A DNA stretch of 64,000 nucleotides, taken from positions 13,950,001-14,014,000 of the forward strand of contig OZ281495.1 in assembly GCA_965637545.1 (NCBI GenBank), in the 5' to 3' direction. This stretch comes from Phallusia mammillata. Lineage: Eukaryota. This document shows, one piece after another, positions 13,176 to 23,548 of this stretch (within the stretch, counting starts at the first letter, position 1; each line of letters starts with the position of its first letter). The notes under the pieces are model-generated. The model was not told the DNA's origin. It searched no databases and saw only the letters and a program-made list of their open reading frames with translations. The position numbers and the translations under genes are program-made.

Positions 13176-16100
13176 ATGCTTGAATATTATCATTACATTC
13201 TGATTGCTGTCGGAGCGTATCTCTTGTTTTCTATTTTCTTCTGCATCTTTCCCACTCTCATACACGGCAAAAAGAAGCAAGCATTCGATGTGCAACACAT
13301 CAGTCATAGAGGAGGTGAGATAACAACGTTTAACGTCAAAATAGCTGTACAGGTTTAATGAGCTATGTTTCCTCTTGTGTGAACATTATGGTGCGTTTTG
13401 TAAATTGTTTTTCGCAACTATCCCGGTATTACATAATTTTTACGGGTGTGATGATCTTTTTCAAAAAATTGTCACAAGGATTTCAAAAATAATTGTTGTT
13501 TTATTTTGATATATTCTAACATATCCCATACATTGTGGACATGTTTACTGAACCTTACTTTTATATCTTGTCAAAATTGCTGTATGTTCAGGATCGGGCG
13601 AGGAGATTGAAAATACCATCCAAGCGTTTCGAGGGTACGTACGAATCAGCGAATAGTTATATAAATCCAATTGTTCGAAACTGCCAATATCTTACTGGTA
13701 TAATAATATCTCCATCTCAAAGTTGTGACAGCCTTCAAAGGTTTTAATCTAGGAGCAGCAAACGCGCTTAAAATAAATAAAAATCAGCGTACGCTAAAAC
13801 GAGAAAGTGTTTTTTACGTGATTTCTAAACCAGTGCCGAAGGCCTAATTCCAATTAAAAGAGGACATGCATACAAAACGTATATTGTGTTTAGTGCCTTA
13901 CGGAAAGCCACACCAATTGGTCCTGATCGAGCGATGTTGGAGTTGGACGTTCAACTCACAAAAGACAAGACTGTTGTCGTCGCTCATGACACTGATCTAA
14001 ATCGAATTTGCGATTTAAAACCAAATCAAGCAACCTTAATAAGCGATTACAATTTTAACGTAAGTTTGCTACCGCCTTTTTTGTGTGTGTTTCGCCGCCC
14101 TTTTCGCTTTATAATAACTTGTGTTTGCAATGTATGTCATTACCCTGATGAAGGTGTTTCGTATGGGACATCGAAACGTTGGCACAGTAGAATAAAAAAC
14201 TGCCGGAAGAGCTGAAAATTTTGTTGGTAAGTTTGCTAGTTGTTAAGTTGGAGGTGGGCTTCAAGTCAACTGGTTTTCAATTTTGGCCGGAGCAATCTGA
14301 ATTCTCATAAACAACTAAATGGCTATGTAGACGCGGAAGCTTTTGGAAATTAAGTATGTGACTTCAGCAAGATAGCTCATCCATACTGCTGGGGCTGAAT
14401 GTTCTGTTGTACATACGGCCATCTTTCTTCGAAGTCCAAAGAAACATGTATAACGATTGCCAATACTCACACGTGCAAAATACTTTTAGTACAGAAGTAT
14501 TAGCTAAGTTATAAGAAATTGTTTATGGCATATTTTTGGCAATAAGGCTCGATGGGCGACCCAAAGTTTTCTCAAAGAAAAATTTGGTGATTAAATCAAA
14601 CTTACATGACTGTGTTAAGTTAGATTTGTATACTCTAACAAAACAAAACATGGATTTTTGCACCACAAGGAGTTGCCACCGATGCGCAAAACACTGGAGG
14701 TGGAATTTACCGATGCGTTTATATTCAAATCCAATGATTCTACGGAGCGCCGCATCCCTTCACTTAAATCGATATTTAGTGAATTCGTGGGAGTCCCAAT
14801 CAATATTGACATCAATACAAACAACGACGATTTAATTAAAGAGGTATGTGTTGTTGAATAACGTTTGAAACGTAACTAAGTGTTGTATAGCCTATGAGTG
14901 AAAAATGAAAGTTCGTTTAAGTATATGCTATTAGGTTATTAACGAGATTTTCTTGAACCAAAATCTTAGCATGTCGGTTAATTTGTTTACAATTACCCCC
15001 ACTAAAAAGGTAAGTATATAGAGCTACTAACACTGGACTTTGGCTTGCGCCCGGTCTGGGAATTTCTGGTAGGTGGAGCATAGGCGTTTATGGTGCTGAC
15101 TCAGCAATTTGGATTTATGGAAAGAATGATTACCGGGCCACCTACCAAATCGGGCGCAAACCAAATTCCAGTGTTAGTAGTTCTACCAAAAAAGTTCATG
15201 AGTTTCAATCAATATCCTATGAAACATATTGTTCAATCATTATGCTGTTTATTTGTCTTGTTTGGTTACATTATGCAAAAGATGCTCACAGTCCACATGA
15301 AAACCAAGTACTGTATATTTTTTTCATCGTTTTTATTTCTTAATTTTTTACAGACTGAGTGCTTAATACGCAAGTTCAAGCGCGAACCGATTACTGTGTG
15401 GGGCAACGCAGATGATGCAGTTACAACCAAGTTGTACGCCGCGGTAAGTATAAGTCTAAATACATTACTTTACGATCTCATCGGTCGTTTTTTCGAAATC
15501 TAACATTTAGCAAAATCAGTCTTTCATATTCGCAAACAACCCATACCAATGTATGTACAATTAATATTATTTTAATTCTCGCTATTGAGGTCGTTAATTT
15601 TCGACAGACAATATTTTTAAATGCATTACTTTTGAGCTGTCAAAAGCCAATAGAGTATAACTTGTTTGTTAAAAAAATTTTAGAATCTAACATCCAAACT
15701 ATCGTAAAAATACTGGTTGTCCATACATATTAGGCCTACCATATTCCCATCCCCAAAAAGGAGGACACAATTTTGAAAAGAACATGAAAAAAATACTTTA
15801 AGGCTCTCCAAAAATAAAAGCTTCCGAAATTAGACGGTATACTAGTTTGGATAAAGTTTATAACGTTTATCAAGCCACAACACTAAAACAAGCTTGTATT
15901 TCAAAAAAACGTAAAACATGTATTCAATAAAAAATCAGCTGAAGATGTATATTTGGCTGTTTTCAAAGGTATGATTGTCACATTTGTATTTGGTAAATCA
16001 TAAATTCCTTAAAAGGAGGACATTTATTGGGCTCTTTTTCTTGTCCTCGGAGGACAAATTGGTTTTTGTCAAAAAGGAGGGCATGTCCTCCAAAAAGAGG

Positions 16101-17259
16101 ACGTATGGTAGGCCTATGTACATATCCCATAAGTTATGACTCTATTTGCAGAATCCAGACATCCCTCTTTTCTTCTCATATAAACGTGCTATTACAACGT
16201 TTATTTTGTTTTACCTGGGACTTCTGTCGTTTACACCAATCAAAGAAACGCATTTCGAAGTCAACCTTCCGTACAAGATTGACAGGTACAAGCCGGAGTA
16301 TTTTCTGCAACTGACCTGGAATTTATGACCGTATTTTTGCTCTACAATGTGTGAGCATAGTTTTTTTGTGGCACATGTTTTAAAATACTGTAATTTGTTT
16401 AAAAAAATAAATTTATACTTTTGATGTGTTGAATGAAATAGTTTGATTGACAAAAATAGCAAGGGCGTTTTGTATAGCACTTCGTCCTCCAACTCTAAAA
16501 TATGCGATATCTTCGTTGCACACAGATTCAGAATCATTGCTCCAGGCCTAAAAAAGAATTAGAAATTTATGTAAAAACAATTCCGCTAATCTGTGGCTTA
16601 TTTCTTGTTTTAGAAGCAGTATTGGATCATTTCTTAACAGTATAATGTGGAGGCTCATCGCATTTGTCTTTCTCAATCGATTGTACATTTTTCATCTCAA
16701 ACAACGAGGAATCAGGGTACGAAATGGAATGCTGTTACTCATAACACTTTTTAATGTATATGTATGCTTGCCACATAATGACTGGTGTTTCCAACCATAG
16801 AATCATTGGGAGGCAGTAAATAAAAGACAAACTTCATATCGATGAATATCAATGTTGGCGAATTTAAGTTTTTTTTGTAATATCACATAATTCACGTCCT
16901 ATAGGAACTTGTAGAAATTGTACCAATAACATTGTCCCCCAAATTTTGGGGCCCAAAAGATGGTCGTGTTTGCACATTTGCAGCACTACCAGCAGCGGAT
17001 AAAAACATTTAGGCTTCTCTATCATACAGTTATACTATCATACAGAGTTTTGGCGTACTAAGGCCAAGTGATGATTTTTTGCTGAAAGGCGTTGGAAAAC
17101 CAATTTTCTAGTTTGTATTTGACTGCGTTTCAGGTTTACTATTGGGTTCTCAACTCGGAGGCAGAGTTTGACAGGGCGGTGAGGTATGGAGCAGATGGAA
17201 TCATGACTGATTTTCCACAAAAACTCACCGATTGGATGATCGCCAAGAAAGTTCTTTGA
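13176..17259 (+). CDS. GDPD1: Glycerophosphodiester phosphodiesterase / lysophospholipase D (GDPD1/GDE4-like), 8 coding exons, copy A
   Basis: N-terminal TM segment then HISHRGG, ENTIQAF, MLELDVQLTKD..VVVAHD, RIPSL..IF, PINIDI, TVWGN, and VYYWVLN..EFDRA..GADGIMTDFP. Canonical splice sites. GDPD1 vs GDPD3 orthology is not resolvable by eye. Confidence 0.9.
14072..14226 (+). mobile_element. 155-bp Penelope-type mini-insertion with a hammerhead core, copy A only
   Basis: Flanked by 12-bp TSD gtaagtttgcta (14060-14071 and 14227-14238). Contains CTGATGA-A-[GGTGTTTC gtat GGGACATC]-GAAAC-GTT at 14145-14180. Absent at the same site in copy B (~45756). Confidence 0.75.
15019..15185. mobile_element. 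Foldback MITE with long imperfect TIRs, TA-flanked, copy A only
   Basis: tagagctactaacactggactttggcttgcgcccg...ggtaggtgg vs ccacctacc...cgggcgcaaaccaaattccagtgttagtagttcta. Not present in copy B. Confidence 0.7.
15731..16116. mobile_element. hAT (Blackjack-like) MITE, copy A only
   Basis: TIR taggcctaccata / tatggtaggccta. Subterminal aggaggac repeats. Near-8-bp TSD (a/g)tacatat. Empty site in copy B at ~47483. Confidence 0.8.
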
Positions 17260-17969
17260 TCAAGTCTGACAAATATGCCAGATTGCCAGTTAACTTTTGT
17301 ATTCGATTTAGGAAAATTCTCGTGTTAATTTATCACTTCTTCAAGTATTAGTTTCAATACATATGCACTAACTGTTGTTTTAGGATATCAAATTTCTTCA
17401 GTTATGTTCTATAGGAAAGATCAGTTTTTGTACATTATATAGGTCTTGACTCAAATGAAAAGGTTGTTTGGTGGCAGTAAATTCGGCGTGTATCTAATCG
17501 AGAGACTTATGCTTTTCTTGCAGCAATAACAAGGATAAATTTTGTTTTCAATTTCCTGAAAAGTGAGGATTAAATGACACAAAAAGCAGTAAAATTTTCT
17601 ATTGTCACCCTTGACAAGGTTATGTGCGACACGTTCACAAACCGGTCCGGCATATTTACGCCATAGAAACTAAAAATTTTATTGTTGGTATACGAACTAT
17701 AAAAGCTAAAAAAAAAATAATAGAATCAGAAAACAGTTTTAGTTGCTAAAAATACAACAACAGCGCCATTGAAATGCTTCATGGACCTAATTTCAATAGA
17801 CCTATGAATGATACAAAAACATAAGATCGAAACCACTTTGAATAGATTCTTGCAAACCGCATGGTCACATCCAACACTTCTTTATGGATGCAAAAGCTTT
17901 AGAAAAGTAAGCGCCTTAAGTGTGAGATATTTAAGTAAAATACGTTATTTCTAAACCTACGTTCTAAGC

Positions 17970-18803
17970 CAGGGGTGTCCAACCTTTTTGGCCAAAGGGC
18001 CACATGCGGTTTACGAATGTTTGCGCGGGCCACTTGACTGTTTACTGCTAATTTGTAATCTTAGAAATGGCTGTTTTATAATTCCCAATTAAAATCCTCA
18101 CACCGAAATTCTAATCTTAGAAATGTGTATTATCCTCGTTTACAGTTATAAGAACAATAACACCAATATATAGTTATGTCAACAAAGTTTTTACTACACG
18201 TCGACATTTCAATGTGAAGTTTGGCACTGTTTTTTTCCAACAAGTTTGGCAATATTCGGTGAGATGGACGATGGGGCAATGCGAAGCGAGTTTTCCATCT
18301 GGCTGTCAAAAATTACTGATCTTACAGGGGATTTAAAGTCACATGTCAACCTTTCTTGGAAAGTTCTGTTAGCGTTACTTGCTTTTGTTTCCTGTTTGGC
18401 ATAATCTATATCACTGCAGAGTGCGGATGATGTTTTTACTGCAAAATGCGTTTTGCGCGAGTCTCTGATACCAGATGTATCTCAATTCTCAATGAACCAA
18501 GAAACATTACTGATTGACTCCGAAAGCACGAGTCAGATTGTGACGTAACAATGTAGAAATTGTGATGTGTAACAATGCGCATTGTGACGCAATAGAAGTA
18601 ACTTGAACAGTTGTGTATTGCTACTCTATTAACAAAAAAATTAAGCAAACGATAAATGCCAATCTTTCGGAATGAAAGTTCGCCATAAATTACGTAGGCG
18701 ATTAAGTTGCCAATATGAGTCATTTCAAAAAATACCACGCGGGCCACTCAGAACCTTCCTGCGGGCCACATGTGGCCCGCGGGCCACAGGTTGGACACCC
18801 CTG
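17970..18803. mobile_element. hAT-type MITE, copy A only
   Basis: TIR caggggtgtccaacct / aggttggacacccctg. Subterminal gggccac repeats. 8-bp TSD ttctaagc. Single site in copy B at 49749-49756. Confidence 0.93.
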
Positions 18804-21800
18804 TTCTAAGCAATCCATACCTAATAAAAGTGATGTCTGGATTTTGGTATTGATTTATGCAAAATAATCTGTGGAGTCAAGAACCAGTATTTATTATACA
18901 CTGACCAGCGGAGTCAGTTTTGGATAGCCCGCAATATATATAGAAAGAAAGGTTTTGCTTGATCCATTAAACACGGAAGTTATTTTCCCCAACCTGCGAT
19001 GACTCCCAGCAGCCGTTCTTCTGGAATATTCTTTACAGGTGGCCTAAACTTTCTACTCCCAAGTTAGTGCATGAAACGTCGAAATAAGGAAAGCTCTGAA
19101 AAAGCAGTTTATGCAGTCTCTGTGAATATTACAAGTGTCAACGCAGGCCTAACTAGAAAATTCAGGTGAAAACTGGCGAAAAGAAGTCTTCAGCCCAAAA
19201 TGCGCAATAACTCTGTAGTTTTTTTTTGGAAAAAACGGCGTTGTGTGTAAAAAAAAAATGTTTGTGTAGTTGTAGAAGTGTCCATAAGCACTGCAGGGCT
19301 CGGGTTCTGAGCAGTTGTGAAGATTTGTTCGAATTTGTTTGATATGTATTGTACATTGATGCCTTTGAATGTAAATAGTTAAAAAATTACGTCACGTTTC
19401 AGCACGGGTAAAACTAATGGCGTACTATTCTTACCTAGTATAAACATGTCCCGAGTATAGGCTGCTGATGTGGGTTTGAATGTTATAACAGGCCTAATTT
19501 TTTTTATCCTACGGCTCCCATATGGGTTGGTGACCGGTTGATTCCTATAACGCCTTCAAAAAGCTTAGCTAGGATTTGTATATGAGTGTGCCGTGTGTGT
19601 GAATGTTTTAGGACTAATCCTACTCATGAATTTATGTTCTTCCTAACATGTACCATACTATCATAAACAACAATGCTCTTGAAAATACGACAATAAATGT
19701 ACTCAATAAATACTGAGGCTGGCATATTGACTGTTTTTCAGGGTTTAAATGTTTTTAATGTGTACCATCCTCAAATACTAAACAAAGTTTGATACTGTGA
19801 AGAGCACTTTTTTGCACTGGAAGAACAACGCAGATTATCAGAAACGATGCAGGCAAAACTGAGTAAGTTTGAACAAAGGGAAGCAAAACCAGGAAGTTGG
19901 GGATTCATCGCAAGCTTTTGCGCTGACGAAGCACCGAAGTTTTTTTTTTTTAAAAAGCTAAAACACCTCTGCCGATTGAGCTTATTTACAAAACTTCCTG
20001 TTTTGGCCTGAACTGCTTTTCAAATTTGTTTGAAACTATAGTTCTTTAATAATCATATGTAAGCACGGTTGAAGTTGTACTAACGACCAATAACAAGAAA
20101 ATCTATTTTATTTCACTTTACAAAAAAAAGAATGTTTTTAACGTGGGTTCGGTGCATTAATACAAGGTACCGATCACAATGCAAAACCATAAAGTAGCAG
20201 AATATTCAGCAATAACATGTAAATTAATGTAACTTATAGTTTACAAAAGCAGAAAAATGAAGATGATAAACTAGACCCACAGGATATTTTTAGCTGCTAA
20301 CTAATAATGTAAATTGTAAATAGGTACCTCAACCTGCGACAATAGAATTCTAGACAATAAAATCAATATTGCATTTTCCTAATAAAAACGAATTTGTTAC
20401 CTCACTTTTTTAGAAAACGAAGAAGTTACTCTGGCAACGGAATTAAAAGCCGCGTGTGATTCCCAAGGTATAGAAGTAGATTTGAAAAAATCTTCGTCCA
20501 TTTTTTTGCAACTGGGAAATGTTTACTACCAAAAGTTTTCTAACAACTCGGATCTCACTACGGCGAGATTTGATGCCCTCCGAAGTGCTGCCTTGTACCA
20601 AGCCGTACTGCAAAGATCAGGTCCGAATTCAGATATCAACAAAAAAGCAACCAAAAAGTTACACACATTGTATGGGGCAATATTATCTTCAATTGACTTT
20701 AAAGAAAGTGATACTAAGGTTGAATCGATTGTAAACTCTGCCAAACTAATGTTACGAAAGATGCGAGTGACATTAGAGTTGCAATTTAACAGAATAAAAA
20801 TACCATTTAAAACTTATTCGCAAATCACAAGGCAACAACTGGCCAAATTTTGTGACAAAATGGAATCGTACCAAAATGATGTTTCAGATCATTTTACAAA
20901 ACTTATGAAATACATTTTTGATCACTGCTCAACCTTTGCTGGTGAACCGCCATGTTCGTTTGCTGTGTTGGGTTTGGGATCCCTGGCCAGACTTGAGGTC
21001 ACACCTTTTTCTGACTTTGAGAGCATGCTCGTGTTGGAAAACCAAGCGAAAGTCGACGAAACCGTCAGGAACTACTTTCGAAATTATGCGATGCTGGCGC
21101 ACCTCATCGTCATAGGATTGGGAGAGACCATTCTCCCAGCAATGGCAATACCGTCCTTAAACGATTTCCAAACAGATGGTGGCGACTGGTTTGTTGATTT
21201 GGTTACTAAGCGCGGTCTCTCATTTGATGGTCTCATACCGCATGCCTGCAAGAATCCGCTGGGAAGACTGCCAACGAAAAACAAACCTTGGCACACAGAG
21301 CTCATACAAACTGTCGACAATATGTTGCGGTTTGTTGACGTAGACATTGAACTGAAAGAAGGGTACCATTTAACGGAGATAATTTCGCAGTCAGTTTATG
21401 TGGCCGGTGGGGACAAAAATGGACACCCGTCCGGAAAAAGCGTAGGAACCACTTTTCAAAACCTTGTGTGGAACAAACTTTCACAAAAAACGAAATCACC
21501 TGAGGACAGACAGAAAACCATCGCAACTTTAAACGAGGACATAAGAATATACAACTTTCAAAACCTTAAACATGGCCAATCAGTCAATGTTAAAAAAGAC
21601 TTGTACAGGGGAATCACTATTCTGCTTCCCAGATTGGCCATGTTATTTGGAATTAAAAGAAGTTCCTCTTACGATATTCTCCGTGGCTTACGCACCATAA
21701 ACATGATTGATGATGAATATTGTACCGATCTCCGAACAGCAGTTGCTATTGCCAATTTCTCCCGTGCCAAGACGTACTTTGACAAAGGTGCTCAATGGGA

Positions 21801-23008
21801 CGCATTAGCTGGTGGTAAGTCTTGTTTTGCCAAGAAGAAACAGAGAAATGTTTTAGAGACCGTTTCTTTGAAGGCACTGCAGCATTTATTTTGCGTCGGA
21901 ACAGAGTTTCAATCATCCATTGTTACATCGTTAAAAGGCAGCGACAAATTCGAACCTTTAACAAGATCGGGGAAAAAACTTACCCTCGGCAGTGTGCTTT
22001 TTCGATTTGAAGAGTACGATCAAGCCATTGCGTTTTTTCACGAGCAATTACAAAATCTTGCTAAAACGGAACAAGGTCATTCAACCGACATGTCCGATAC
22101 CCATTTGATGCTGGGAAGATGCTTTTATAGTAAAAGTCAGCACGAGATTGCGTGTCGCCACTTTAACGAAGCCGAAAGGTTTTGTGAAGACAACAAATGC
22201 TTTGCCATGGGACGAATCCTGCTATTTCGAGCACTTAGTGAAAGAAAATTACGAGGAGCGGACACTGTTAACAGCCTGATGAAACGTGCTCACGAATTTT
22301 TCATTCAATCAAACTCTTCTCTGTCCAGCGATGAAGGAACCTACAGCGCACAGTCTTTTGTTGAAACGCTTCAGGAACTCTGTCGAGAAAATTCTGATTT
22401 AGTACCTGAGTTGATCGAGGTAATGGTCATAACGGGCGACCGTTTCTTACAGGAAAGCAAGTCACCGTTTTTAGCTCTTCAGCAGTACGAAACAGCGGCA
22501 TTTGAAATGGAAAAGTACTACAAGGATGACAGGCATATTTTGCTTAATTTGTATGTAAAAGAAGCAATAGCCGTGTGCCAAGGGGGCCTTGGCCAATACG
22601 ACAAGGCCGTAAATACATGGCTCGAAGTAATTGCAAGAACCAAACAATTACCACTCGAGGCTATCGATGACATCTCATTTAAACGAGGTTTCAAGCCCCA
22701 CGATTCTCTGATAAACCATTTGCCAAAAATCAAACTTGCCTTATTTGGATTAAAGAGTCACGACAAAGCAATTGTCGATTGTGGTTCTATCGTCAGGTTG
22801 ATTAATAATTTGGCCGAGAGTACAAGGAAGTATAGCTTGCTTTCTCGCATTCAAGCACGGGTATACGATATACTAGGAGAACTTTACGAACGGGACAACA
22901 TGTACGATAAAGCAATTGACAGCTACGCTCTGGCAAGATCCAACTTTAGACGGTTGTATCAACAAACTAACTTTACAACGGAATCGAAACTGAATCGCTG
23001 TTATTTCA

Positions 23009-23548
23009 CGGCTGATCTGTGAGTGTTGTTGGATGTTAGAACTGATTGCAATTCTGTTACTTCAGAAGGGTTTCTGGCATAAGTGCATATCCCGTATTTG
23101 TCATGGCAGACTTTTGAAATAAGAGTGTATCCTGGTATTCGGGTCTTTGATTCCGGTGATGTTGCTGTAGCGTGGGTTTCTTGGAGTAATGCGATGTCGA
23201 CTCTGTGTTGTTGGAGGATTTTCCCAAGATATTCGCATTTGGGCATTGAACTTCCCTCGATGTTAAGTGAAAGGATCTTTGTCTGGTTGCGGAATTCAAT
23301 GGAGCCTAACTTATTTTTCGAACCTGCTGGGCTCTGTAGGTTGTCAGCAGGAACGCGAACGTTTTTATTCTGGGCCACGTTCGATCCAGCATTTTGTTTC
23401 ATTTCTTTGTAAAGCATCATAGTAAGTAAGGTAGTAGAGAGACGTGTACCCAGGATGGCGCGTTGCCGTTTGGGTACCGGGTTGGACTCGATCTTAGTGA
23501 TTGTAAGCCCCTACACCAACGACAAGGTGTCGAGTCCCTTCGTAGGGG
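23009..23548 (-). mobile_element. 5' fragment of an Ingi/Vingi-like non-LTR retrotransposon (5' UTR plus start of AP endonuclease)
   Basis: Minus-strand ORF from 23420 has ILSLNIEG...VDIALLQETH...IPGY...HDKYG (APE motifs). Absent from copy B, where 101 bp of host exon (53946-54046) occupy this position. The clade assignment is from memory of APE and 5'-end style. Confidence 0.8.
23484..23548 (-). ncRNA. HDV-like self-cleaving ribozyme (L1Tc/ingi-type) at the element 5' end
   Basis: Minus strand: P1 CCCCUAC/GUAGGGG, P2 GGACUCGA/UCGAGUCC, P3 ACC/GGU, L3 UUGUCGUU, a single-bp P1.1 (G-C), and J4/2 CUAAGA. The nested pseudoknot topology is complete. Confidence 0.75.

Noticed and set aside
18436-18747. 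103-aa ORF inside the 17970 MITE as a transposase remnant
   Set aside because: No hAT dimerisation or DDE motifs recognised.
19925-20160. gcaccgaa ... ttcggtgc inverted motif resembling the 43795 MITE termini
   Set aside because: Too short and degenerate, with no TSD. At most an old relic.
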